A DNA stretch of 64,000 nucleotides from an uncultured virus (IMG/VR IMGVR_UViG_3300025723_000029) (Duplodnaviria > Heunggongvirae > Uroviricota > Caudoviricetes): IMG/VR virus record IMGVR_UViG_3300025723_000029; one strand, 5' to 3'. A program made the position numbers and the translations under genes. The notes under the pieces are model-generated. The model was not told the DNA's origin and ran no database searches. It was given only the letters and a program-made list of their open reading frames with translations. This document shows positions 55,665-64,000 of this stretch, piece after piece. The stretch's first letter is position 1, and the number at the start of each line of letters is the position of its first letter.

Positions 55665-55967
55665 CTAGATCCCCAATACTGCCTGCAAGGTACTGATCTG
55701 TGGTAGATAGATGGACGTACCGGCTGCAAAATCCAAAGGCGGTGTTGTCAAGGTATTGGGATTTCGTTGATAAAACACCCACCACAAACGACTGTTGCTG
55801 TAAAGGTCAAATGCCAACAGATCGGGCCTGTACTGATAGGTAGCCGTGATAGCCCAGTAACGATCGTCCGACAACACCGGTATGGGCCGGTTGGTCATGG
55901 TATCTAGGAAAAATTGGCTGTAGCCCGTGGTAAAATACGGACTGGCAGCATCATAGGTGACGGACAT
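55665..55967 (-). CDS. baseplate wedge protein (T4 gp53/LysM-like)
   Basis: YQYRPDLLAFDLY...LWWVF..RN...F..G..IYLP. Confidence 0.8.
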   Translation of the reverse strand: MSVTYDAASPYFTTGYSQFFLDTMTNRPIPVLSDDRYWAITATYQYRPDLLAFDLYSNSRLWWVFYQRNPNTLTTPPLDFAAGTSIYLPQISTLQAVLGI

Positions 55968-57799
55968 TACCAGAATCCTTTTGTGAGTTGGCTACCATTG
56001 GCAAAACTGTCTAGATTGAACACCTGGCTGACCTGTTGACGACTTTGTACCGGCAACAGGGTCAGCACTATTTCCATCTTGGTTGGCACATAGGTAGGGC
56101 TGTTGGTCAATGGTTGTGCTACCGGAGGGCGCACATTCTGTGCCGCCCCCTTGGTCAAGAAAGCTGATGCTAACCGAGCCACTGAGGCCAAGGCCGGATT
56201 GACAGTATTGGTCTGGGCACGCAATTGGTTTTGCGGAAGATTTAGATTGTTGCTGCTGCCGGCACGTATGTAATCCACATCAGCTGGCAACGAGTAGTTG
56301 AACTGGCTGACCAAGACCGGATGTTGGTTGAATTGAAATTCGCCCAGGCCGTTGAGATAGCAGATGGGTGGCGGTGATCCCAGGTGTGAGCTTTGCCCAT
56401 AAAACATCTTGGTAACCGAACGGAAAAAGTGTATGACAGCCAGGAGATAATTGGCTTCTTGGGTGTTCTGTGCCGTGAATGCAGCGGTGACAGTTATGCT
56501 GTCAGTGTAACTGTTCTGATAAAAATAACCACGATAGTTTGAATGTGTAAGGTCGTAGCTGTTGTAGTTGGCCTTGTAGCTGGTACTGATTGTGGGCGTG
56601 TAAGGAAATATGATGCCATTGGTGGCCCGAAGTGGCGACAGTATGCCCGAGGCAGCATCAGCTGCCGAATACAGATAATCGGCTCCGTTGGCCAGACTCA
56701 ATCTCACACGCCAGTCAGTGTTGTTCACGCTGCGGTTTGTGTTGTTGATTGCTGGTTGATTCTGTGCGTTTGCAGTGCCGGCTCTGATAGCCGACGGACC
56801 TGCATTGAGCTGGTCCCCGCCGTTGCCGGCCGTGAATGCTGTGGAATCAGTATTGCTGGAGGCCTGTGCAGCTGCTACAGCATCTGCACCGACCGGGGTG
56901 GCCGACGACACAAAATTGCTGACATCAGTGCCGCCGGAGGCCTGTGCAGATGCCACAGCATCTGCAACAACCGGAGCCGGTGTTCCAACGAAACTGCCAA
57001 CGTCGGTGGTGTTGTTTTGATTGAGACTGGATAGACCGCTAAGTCCATATGTTACTGGTGCAGCCAAACTGACAGTGGTGATTTCACCAGCCGGTGTTCC
57101 AACGAAACTGCCAACGTCGGTGGCGTTTGTTTGTATTTGGTTAGCCGGAAGCGGAGCACTGGTACTGTAGATTTGCTCTTGTCCTTGTTGTGTGTCGTTG
57201 GCACCAACCGGGCTGGCAGAAGAAGCACTGCTGAATTGTGTAGTGGTTGTGGTTGTAGTAGTGTTTGGCGTAGTAGTTACTGTGGGAGTGCCCGGTAGTG
57301 TGGCAGATGCTGCAGCATCTGTTTGTGCATTCCATTGATCATACAGCTCTGCTCGTTGCGCTTGTAGTGTTGCACGCTGGTCTGCTGTTAGATTTGGAGT
57401 GCCGCCAAAAGCAACCGGAGCTAGCTGTCGATTAATTTTGTCAATTTGAGATGACGTAGCATTGATCTGTTCCTGTAGTGCCTTGCTTTCTGGGGTGGGC
57501 GTATCTACCCCTGCTATTATAGTTGTTGTTCCGCCCCCACTGGTTGTTATGGTCGTAGTGGTGGTGGTTTTGACACTAGATGCCGGGGGCTCGTTGTCAA
57601 AATTATCTGTGTTATTCACTCCAGACTTTTGTCCAACCCCTATCACCAAAGGTCCAATTTTTCCGTCTAGGCCTATTACATAAGTTCCAAAATCGGCCTC
57701 GGTGATTCCAGCTTGTTTTGCCGCCGCATCCTCGCTCAACCCGTCTTGGATTAGTTTATTAAATAACGCTGCTTTAGCCGGATCGTACCCTTGTGCCAT
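55967..57799 (-). CDS. baseplate/tail-tube initiator-like protein (gp48/gp54-like C-terminus) with Thr-rich N-terminal region
   Basis: C-terminal IIFPYTPTI...HSNY...FTAQ...HFFRSVTKMF.G...G.PPP...P.KMEI; low-complexity N-terminal half. Confidence 0.65.
   Translation of the reverse strand: MAQGYDPAKAALFNKLIQDGLSEDAAAKQAGITEADFGTYVIGLDGKIGPLVIGVGQKSGVNNTDNFDNEPPASSVKTTTTTTITTSGGGTTTIIAGVDTPTPESKALQEQINATSSQIDKINRQLAPVAFGGTPNLTADQRATLQAQRAELYDQWNAQTDAAASATLPGTPTVTTTPNTTTTTTTTQFSSASSASPVGANDTQQGQEQIYSTSAPLPANQIQTNATDVGSFVGTPAGEITTVSLAAPVTYGLSGLSSLNQNNTTDVGSFVGTPAPVVADAVASAQASGGTDVSNFVSSATPVGADAVAAAQASSNTDSTAFTAGNGGDQLNAGPSAIRAGTANAQNQPAINNTNRSVNNTDWRVRLSLANGADYLYSAADAASGILSPLRATNGIIFPYTPTISTSYKANYNSYDLTHSNYRGYFYQNSYTDSITVTAAFTAQNTQEANYLLAVIHFFRSVTKMFYGQSSHLGSPPPICYLNGLGEFQFNQHPVLVSQFNYSLPADVDYIRAGSSNNLNLPQNQLRAQTNTVNPALASVARLASAFLTKGAAQNVRPPVAQPLTNSPTYVPTKMEIVLTLLPVQSRQQVSQVFNLDSFANGSQLTKGFW
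56975..57123. repeat. 35-nt direct repeat
   Basis: agccggtgttccaacgaaactgccaacgtcggtgg at 56975 and 57089 (TDVGSFVGTPA twice). Confidence 0.85.
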
Positions 57800-57817
57800 G
57801 ATTGTTCCTGTATATGA

Positions 57818-57835
57818 TATTTAGCCAGCTAAATA
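57818..57835. promoter_or_regulatory. palindromic back-to-back late promoter cores
   Basis: TATTTAGC-CA-GCTAAATA gives CTAAATA on each strand between the divergent tail operon and gp55. Confidence 0.6.
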
Positions 57836-57858
57836 AACGGACCAGATAATGATAATGG

Positions 57859-57891
57859 TTGACATTCCTGCAATGTGTTGTAAAATAAATA
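57859..57891 (+). promoter_or_regulatory. sigma70-type promoter overlapping a late core upstream of gp55
   Basis: TTGACA-N16-TAAAAT overlapping AATAAATA. Confidence 0.6.
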
Positions 57892-57911
57892 CACTTCAAG
57901 GAGAATCGCAC

Positions 57912-58811
57912 GTGGCCACAACCACTTTCAAAACACCAGCAAAAATCAACTATCTCAACAATCGAGATATCTTAAAAGAAATACACCTGAGCAAGAACAC
58001 CTACTGCACATATCTGGATCCGGTTGCCGATCATCAGTACGACATAATCTTGCCCACGGTATTGAAAATCAACCAAAGAACCGTGGCCGAAGCCAGACGC
58101 AATCGTGCTGACCGTATCAAGCGAGAAACTGGACAGGTCATCGATCCAGTCAAAATCGCCAACACTGATCTGGTGTTCAGGATCACCTGTTGGGAACACA
58201 TACCCATGGCGCCCAAAAAAATACCCAAGGGTGCAACCAAAAAGAAAAAGATCCAAGACATATTCGAACTGGATGCCGTAGAAGAAGATCCCATCGCCGA
58301 TCTGGTAGATGATGCTGTGCTCAGCCCCAATCATGTGCGATTGAACTTTCCACCGTTTTATCACTACCGTATAGATGAAAATCGCGAGCCGTACCTGGTG
58401 GGCAAGAGCCACTGGCAGGGTGACCTGGTACACGGCGAATTCTGCAAGGATCACGGCAAAATGACCCGCACCTTGGCCAACATGTTCATGAAACTGTGTG
58501 AACGCTATGCCACCAGATCAAACTGGAGAGGTTATACCTACAACGAAGAAATGCGCGGCCAGGCCCTGTTGCAACTGAGCCAGATCGGCCTGCAGTTTGA
58601 CGAAAGCAAGAGCCAGAATCCATTTGCCTACTACACTGCGGCCATCACCAATAGTTTTACCAGAATCCTGAATCTGGAAAAGAAAAATCAAAACATCCGA
58701 GACGATATCTTGGAAATGAACGGTCTCAATCCGTCATGGACTCGTCAGAATGCCGGACGCAGAAATCCAGACATGATTGCCGGAGAGGTCGTATTCATCA
58801 CTGAAGAATAG
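57912..58811 (+). CDS. late-transcription sigma factor (T4 gp55-like)
   Basis: NYLNN..IL.EI, NWRGYTYNEEM, FDESKSQNPFAYYT; gp55-gp47-gp46 synteny; GTG start after AAGGAG. Confidence 0.88.
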   Translation: MATTTFKTPAKINYLNNRDILKEIHLSKNTYCTYLDPVADHQYDIILPTVLKINQRTVAEARRNRADRIKRETGQVIDPVKIANTDLVFRITCWEHIPMAPKKIPKGATKKKKIQDIFELDAVEEDPIADLVDDAVLSPNHVRLNFPPFYHYRIDENREPYLVGKSHWQGDLVHGEFCKDHGKMTRTLANMFMKLCERYATRSNWRGYTYNEEMRGQALLQLSQIGLQFDESKSQNPFAYYTAAITNSFTRILNLEKKNQNIRDDILEMNGLNPSWTRQNAGRRNPDMIAGEVVFITEE

Positions 58812-58817
58812 TATACT
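58812..58817 (+). promoter_or_regulatory. -10 box of a probable leaderless promoter for gp47
   Basis: TATACT followed 6 nt later by ATG 58824. Confidence 0.45.
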
Positions 58818-58823
58818 AGCAGG

Positions 58824-59840
58824 ATGACAAATCTATTCCGTAAAGCAGCCATCTGTACTGACATACACTGGGGACTAAAAAGCAACAGCCTGATTCACAA
58901 TCAGGACTGTGAAGCATTTGTTGATTGGTTCATAGACACAGCCCGGGCCCAAGGTTGCGAAACCGGCATGTTTCTAGGCGACTGGCATCATCATCGTGCC
59001 AGTATCAATCTACAAACTTTGCACTTTAGCCTGCGTAGTTTACAAAAGCTCAGTGCAGCATTTGAACGCTTTTATTTTATTCCGGGCAATCACGATCTCT
59101 ACTACCGAGACCGGCGAGACATACACGGCGTGGAATGGGCCGAACACTTGCCCAATATTACTATAGTCAACGACTGGTTCAAATCCGGTGATGTGATCAT
59201 AGCTCCCTGGTTGGTCGGCGACGATCACAAACGCATACCACGAATGTCAGCACAGTACATGTTTGGGCACTTTGAACTGCCGCACTTCAAGATGAATGCC
59301 ATGGTCGAAATGCCCGACCACGGCGAAGTTCGTGTGGACAGCTTTGGTGGCGTTGGGTCGGTGTTCAGTGGACATTTCCATCTTAGACAAAGCAAACGAA
59401 ACATCAACTACATTGGCAACTGTTTTCCACACAACTTTGCCGATGCTGGCGATGCTGACCGAGGCATGATGATCCTGGAATGGGGCCAACAGCCCGAGTA
59501 TCGGGCTTGGCCCGATCAACCCCTGTATCGAGTCATGCGGTTGAGCGAGGTAATTGACCACGGTGCCAGCATACTGACTCCCAACATGCATGTGCGTGTG
59601 GAGCTGGATATCGACATCAGCTACGAAGAAGCATCGTTTATCAAGAACACATTTGTACAATCACACAATCTCAGAGAGATGGCCCTGATACCCAGCAAAA
59701 GAACCACAGTGGATCTAGACCTGGCGCCTGGCGAAGTACGATTCGAAAGCGTGGATCAGATCGTGACTGACCAGCTGACCAATATCGAAAGTGAATTTTA
59801 CGATCCCAAGTTGTTATTAAAAATATATCAAAATCTATGA
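58824..59840 (+). CDS. recombination endonuclease subunit (T4 gp47 / SbcD-Mre11 family)
   Basis: Metallophosphoesterase motifs DIHWG, LGDW, GNHD, GHFE, SGHFH. Confidence 0.93.
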   Translation: MTNLFRKAAICTDIHWGLKSNSLIHNQDCEAFVDWFIDTARAQGCETGMFLGDWHHHRASINLQTLHFSLRSLQKLSAAFERFYFIPGNHDLYYRDRRDIHGVEWAEHLPNITIVNDWFKSGDVIIAPWLVGDDHKRIPRMSAQYMFGHFELPHFKMNAMVEMPDHGEVRVDSFGGVGSVFSGHFHLRQSKRNINYIGNCFPHNFADAGDADRGMMILEWGQQPEYRAWPDQPLYRVMRLSEVIDHGASILTPNMHVRVELDIDISYEEASFIKNTFVQSHNLREMALIPSKRTTVDLDLAPGEVRFESVDQIVTDQLTNIESEFYDPKLLLKIYQNL

Positions 59841-59890
59841 AAAAAATTTTAGTATTTGGTGCAGGAGGATTCATTGTTGGAAAAAATTAA
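59837..59890 (+). pseudogene. truncated 5' remnant of a nucleotide-sugar epimerase gene
   Basis: ATGA-coupled to gp47; MKKILVFGAGGFIVGKN* versus MKKMLVLGAGGFIG at 61085. Confidence 0.75.
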
Positions 59891-59970
59891 ATTATTAGAA
59901 AATACGTTTGATCTATTGTTAATAGATCAAGACTTCATCGAGCAGTCACATAACCATTGGTATAATTTAC

Positions 59971-60504
59971 ATGCTTGATATATCCACTATCAACATACTA
60001 GAAAAATATTTTAAATTTGATCGAATATTTAATTTACTCAACTACCAAAGTGATATGTCAAGACTATACAATGACCTACTAAAATTAAAACAAGACCATT
60101 ACGAATCAAACTATCGATTTATATTTTTGCATTATGATACTGATTACTATGTTACCAACGATCAACCTGGACTAATGTTGCGTAATTTGCAGAGAATTTT
60201 AGTTAACCTAGATGTTTCAAATTATTTTTGTTTAATTTTAACTCAGCAAAATATAGAAAAAGAATTAGAAATTTTAAGACAACAAGAAACTACAGAGAAT
60301 TGTGCTATTGCTAACATACAAAATTTCTTGCAAAATTTATTATGGTTTGATAAAGAAAATGTTGAATTAAATCCTAAGGCTATTACTTCAAAGTATCAAT
60401 CGTTATGTAGAGTTCGTAGATCGCATCGTACTCTTTTATATTCATTGTTGCGCAATAAAAATCTAATAGATCATGGTATGGTAAGTTTTTGTAATAATAA
60501 CTAA
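59971..60504 (+). CDS. N-terminal half of a split GT10-like protein
   Basis: Ends KYQSLCRVRRSHRTLLYSLLRNKNLIDHGMVSF, matching the central L.R.R.HR motif of paralogs 1-6; TGgTATAAT upstream. Confidence 0.6.
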   Translation: MLDISTINILEKYFKFDRIFNLLNYQSDMSRLYNDLLKLKQDHYESNYRFIFLHYDTDYYVTNDQPGLMLRNLQRILVNLDVSNYFCLILTQQNIEKELEILRQQETTENCAIANIQNFLQNLLWFDKENVELNPKAITSKYQSLCRVRRSHRTLLYSLLRNKNLIDHGMVSFCNNN

Positions 60505-60505
60505 C

Positions 60506-61081
60506 ATGTATCCAGAACATTTACATTTACTTTATATTGACAAACATGCCGGAATAAGAGACCGATTGCTTATCAACCACCCCTGGTTGGTTGATGCATT
60601 TAATCAAATCTTGCCTAATCATTCTTTTAAAAATTTTAAAGATATCAGAAAAGAAAATTACGTATCTGGATCGACGGCGTTATCACAACAATCTTTTTTA
60701 CACGTTATAACAGAAACTGTGTTTGATTATCCAAATGTTTATGTTAGCGAAAAATCAATTAAACCAATAAGTTCTAAACGCCCGTTTGTAATTGCCGGAA
60801 GCACTGGGTGTTTAGCTAATCTTAAATCTATTGGATTTAAAACATTTGATCGCTATTGGAGTGAACATTATGACGCTGTGGATGACCCAGTGGATCGACT
60901 GTTAGCAGTTGTTAGCATAGTTGAATCAATTTGTAACAAGTCCGTGGCCGAATTAAAAGAAATGTGCATGGACATGCAAGATATATTAGATTATAATTTT
61001 AATTATTATTACAACGAATTACACCAGCTTGAATTAAAAAACTTTGCCGCAGAATGTCAAAAAAATTTAGGAGTCAGATAG
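60506..61081 (+). CDS. C-terminal half of a split GT10-like protein (paralog 7)
   Basis: FLHVITET...VSEKSIKP...RPFVIAG...LKSIGFKTF..YWSEHYD. Confidence 0.65.
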   Translation: MYPEHLHLLYIDKHAGIRDRLLINHPWLVDAFNQILPNHSFKNFKDIRKENYVSGSTALSQQSFLHVITETVFDYPNVYVSEKSIKPISSKRPFVIAGSTGCLANLKSIGFKTFDRYWSEHYDAVDDPVDRLLAVVSIVESICNKSVAELKEMCMDMQDILDYNFNYYYNELHQLELKNFAAECQKNLGVR

Positions 61082-61084
61082 TAA

Positions 61085-62050
61085 ATGAAAAAAATGTTAG
61101 TTTTGGGCGCAGGCGGTTTTATTGGGTCGCACTTGGTTATCCGATTAAAAAAACAAGGACATTATGTAACTGGGGTTGATTTACATTTGCCAGAATTTAG
61201 TGTAACCGCTGCTGATAATTTTATTGTTGGCGATTTACGAGACCGTGATGTGTGTAGAATGTTGTTGGAAGAACCTGTCGATGAAATTTATCAATTGGCT
61301 GCAGATATGGGCGGAGCAGGCTACGTGTTTACGGGCATAAACGATATGGACATTCTTTATAACTCAGCTTTGATAAATTTAAATATTATCAATGAGTTGA
61401 TGAAAAATCCTAAACCAAAAATCTTTTTTAGTTCGTCTGCTTGTATATACCCGGCTTACAATCAACTTGACCCTGATAACCCCAATTGTGAAGAAAGTAG
61501 TGCATATCCGGCCGAGCCTGACAGTGAGTATGGGTGGGAAAAGTTGTTTAGTGAACGCTTATATCAAAATTTAAAAAAAAACTACGGAGTCGAGGTTCAT
61601 ATTGGTAGATATCATAATATTTTTGGTGTTGAAACTAGCTGGAACAACGGCAAAGAAAAGGCGCCGGCAGCTATTTGCCGAAAGGTAGCCCAGGCACACG
61701 ACGGTGGATCAATCGACGTGTGGGGGGATGGATCGCAGACTCGTTCATTCTTGTATATTGACGAATGTTTGGATGCTACTATTAAAATAATGGCTAGCGA
61801 TTTTGCTGGGCCAGCTAACATAGGTAGCGAAGAGTCAGTTAGCATCACTGAATTAGCAAAAAAAGTAATAGCTATTTCAGGAAAAAATATTTCAATTAAT
61901 TATGTAGACGGTCCTATTGGAGTTAACGGTAGAAATTCAGACAATAGATTGATTAAAGAAAAACTAGGATGGACCCATACTCAATCATTGGATGATGGGT
62001 TGAAAAAGTTATATGATTGGATAGTCCAGCAAAACAATGCTGTTAACTAA
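61085..62050 (+). CDS. GDP-mannose 3,5-epimerase-like extended SDR
   Basis: GAGGFIG, QLAADMGGAG, SSACIYP, YGWEK, GKEKAPAAICRK, WGDGSQTRSF, GRNSDN. Confidence 0.88.
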   Translation: MKKMLVLGAGGFIGSHLVIRLKKQGHYVTGVDLHLPEFSVTAADNFIVGDLRDRDVCRMLLEEPVDEIYQLAADMGGAGYVFTGINDMDILYNSALINLNIINELMKNPKPKIFFSSSACIYPAYNQLDPDNPNCEESSAYPAEPDSEYGWEKLFSERLYQNLKKNYGVEVHIGRYHNIFGVETSWNNGKEKAPAAICRKVAQAHDGGSIDVWGDGSQTRSFLYIDECLDATIKIMASDFAGPANIGSEESVSITELAKKVIAISGKNISINYVDGPIGVNGRNSDNRLIKEKLGWTHTQSLDDGLKKLYDWIVQQNNAVN

Positions 62051-62753
62051 AGAAACCCTTTATATATGCGGAGACAGTTTTTGTTCTAGCGACCCCGACT
62101 ATGGCAATAATTGGACTGAGATGCTGGCTAAAAAATTGCCCAACACAACCGTCGTTAATTTATCTATACCGGGTGCTAGTAATTACTTGATATATCTACA
62201 GGTTAAACACGCTTTAAAAAATCAGTGCGATTATTTAATATATAACGCTACTGGATCAACTCGTCAGGAATTTGTTTTGAATTTAAATGATTCCCAAACA
62301 GATAATATAAATCGATATCACAATGTGTTGGCACCAGGTGCCCGCAAGGAGTTATTGTGTATGTCATGGGTTAATCCGTTTAATCCAAAATTGCACAACA
62401 ATATTTTTACCACTGCCTGTGTAGACAAAATTAAAAACTTTTTTATGCGGTATGTAGATATGCCGTCGACAATTGAAAAAAATTATATTTTTATACAACA
62501 AACCCTATCAATGATTGATTCTGCTAAGAATGTCAAAGGATGGGCCTGGAGTCAGGGTGGATTTGAACATAAAAATTTTAAACCTGCACAAGATTGGAAC
62601 TTTTCAAAATATAAAGAAAAAGAAAATTGCATCAATCTTTGGGACTACTACGATTCATCTATAGCTCGACCCTACTATCATATAACTGACAAAAAAATTC
62701 TCCAAAGTGTTTGTGATCAATATCTTAATATGTTAAACTTAAACACCATATGA
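62037..62753 (+). CDS. SGNH hydrolase-like protein
   Basis: ICGDSF block I, NLSIPGASN block II, C-terminal YYHI. Confidence 0.65.
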   Translation: MLLTKETLYICGDSFCSSDPDYGNNWTEMLAKKLPNTTVVNLSIPGASNYLIYLQVKHALKNQCDYLIYNATGSTRQEFVLNLNDSQTDNINRYHNVLAPGARKELLCMSWVNPFNPKLHNNIFTTACVDKIKNFFMRYVDMPSTIEKNYIFIQQTLSMIDSAKNVKGWAWSQGGFEHKNFKPAQDWNFSKYKEKENCINLWDYYDSSIARPYYHITDKKILQSVCDQYLNMLNLNTI

Positions 62754-64000
62754 TCCAAATTAAAAAACTAACCGTTAAAAACTTCATGAGTGTGGGCAAT
62801 GCCACACAGGCCATCGATTTTGATCGGTCAGACCTTACTCTTGTGTTGGGTGAAAATCTTGACCTGGGCGGTGACGGCAGTCGCAACGGCACCGGCAAGA
62901 CCACCATCATCAACGCACTCAGCTATGCCTTGTATGGCAACGCACTCAGCAATATCAGAAAAGACAACCTGGTCAACAAGACCAACGGCAAGGGCATGCT
63001 GGTCAGTCTGGACTTTGTGTTGGGCGCACAGGCGTATCGAATCGAACGTGGTCGCAAGCCCAACCTACTGAAATTCTATGTCAACAGCGAACAAAAGGTC
63101 GCCGCGGACGAAGCACAGGGCGACAGCCGAGAAACACAGGAAGCCATCGAGTCGGTGCTGGGACTCAGCCACGACATGTTCAAACACATCATGGCCTTGA
63201 ATACCTATACCGAACCATTCTTGAGTCTCAAGGCCAACGATCAACGCACCATAATCGAGCAGTTGTTGGGCATCACACAACTGAGCGATCGAGCCGATCG
63301 CATCAAAGAGTTGAACAAGGGCACACGAGATGCCATACAGCAAGAAGAGTTCAGGATACGAGCTGTGCAAGAGGCCAATCAACGCATCCAAGAACAGATT
63401 GAAAATCTCAAACGTAGACAACGACTATGGGCGGAAAAACATTCCACTGACGTACAGGAACTGGAAAAAGCACTCGAGGCGCTACAAAATATACAGATCG
63501 AAGACGAAATTGCAGCGCATCAAGCACACCGGGCTTGGGATCAAAAAAGAAAAGACTTCAACGATCTATCCGGTCAGATCAGCCGCACCAAACTGGACCG
63601 TGATCGAGAAAACAAAACGATAGACAAACTGTCGAAAGAAATTGCAACGCTGGAGAGTCACGAATGCCATACCTGCGGCCAGCCCTTCCACGACAACAAG
63701 CACCAATCGGTCGTGACAGCGAAACAGGAGGATCTGGCAACAGCTAGAACAGCAAGCCTGGCACATGCACAGCTCTTGGCAGACCTCGAGCTTGCAGTTG
63801 AAACCCTGGGCACGCTGGGGAGACCGCCCAAGATGTTCTATGACAACGAAGCTGACGCGATTCAGCATCGTGCCACAGTGGCCGGTCTCGTACAGCAGAT
63901 TGATCACAAGCGACAAGAAATCGACCCTTACACTGAACAGATTGAAGAAATGACCCAGGCTGCCTTGCAAGAAGTCTCCTACGACAGCATGAATGAACTC
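62750..64000 (+). CDS. recombination ATPase subunit (T4 gp46 / SbcC-Rad50 family), runs off the window end; missed by the ORF track
   Basis: MIQIKKLTVKNFMSVGN...NGTGKTT Walker A; coiled coil; zinc hook CHTC at 63665. Confidence 0.93.
   Translation, partial: MIQIKKLTVKNFMSVGNATQAIDFDRSDLTLVLGENLDLGGDGSRNGTGKTTIINALSYALYGNALSNIRKDNLVNKTNGKGMLVSLDFVLGAQAYRIERGRKPNLLKFYVNSEQKVAADEAQGDSRETQEAIESVLGLSHDMFKHIMALNTYTEPFLSLKANDQRTIIEQLLGITQLSDRADRIKELNKGTRDAIQQEEFRIRAVQEANQRIQEQIENLKRRQRLWAEKHSTDVQELEKALEALQNIQIEDEIAAHQAHRAWDQKRKDFNDLSGQISRTKLDRDRENKTIDKLSKEIATLESHECHTCGQPFHDNKHQSVVTAKQEDLATARTASLAHAQLLADLELAVETLGTLGRPPKMFYDNEADAIQHRATVAGLVQQIDHKRQEIDPYTEQIEEMTQAALQEVSYDSMNEL

Larger units (their letters stand above)
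59810..62785. other. AT-rich accessory island between gp47 and gp46
   Basis: Hand count G+C 13/60 at 60001-60060 versus 36/60 at 59461-59520; interrupts the gp47-gp46 pair; boundaries approximate. Confidence 0.85.

Noticed and set aside
62790..63953. Short ORFs listed in the track at the window end
   Set aside because: Alternative frames of the gp46 gene starting at 62750, which has no stop inside the window
1..64000. Stop-codon reassignment, as seen in some large phages
   Set aside because: Genes are full length and tightly packed under the standard code, with TAA, TAG and TGA all used as stops

Overview
A 64 kb segment of a large, T4-related (probably jumbo-type) myophage genome, densely coded in the standard genetic code, with no tRNA, rRNA, CRISPR array or transposase recognised. 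Layout: (1) 1-4.7 kb, small accessory ORFs and thyX. (2) 4.7-28.7 kb, a ~24 kb sugar-nucleotide/modification cluster: NAD-dependent epimerase, DegT-type aminotransferase, NodU/CmcH carbamoyltransferase with a tiny SxtK-like partner, SGNH hydrolase, 2OG-Fe(II) oxygenase, five radical SAM enzymes with N-terminal twitch/SPASM-like Cys clusters, six GT10-like glycosyltransferase paralogs, three GT-A enzymes and an 800-aa repeat-containing pseudo-GT. (3) 28.7-57.8 kb, a minus-strand tail/baseplate module with a ~4400-aa giant protein and gp6-, gp25-, gp5-, gp53- and gp48/54-like genes under TAAATA late-promoter motifs. (4) 57.9-64 kb, gp55 late sigma factor, gp47 and gp46, with an AT-rich GDP-mannose-epimerase/GT/SGNH island between gp47 and gp46. 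The best candidate for an undescribed system is the radical-SAM/glycosyltransferase assembly line, whose substrate (virion proteins, host surface or phage DNA) is unknown. All family calls come from motifs read by eye; no database searches were run.
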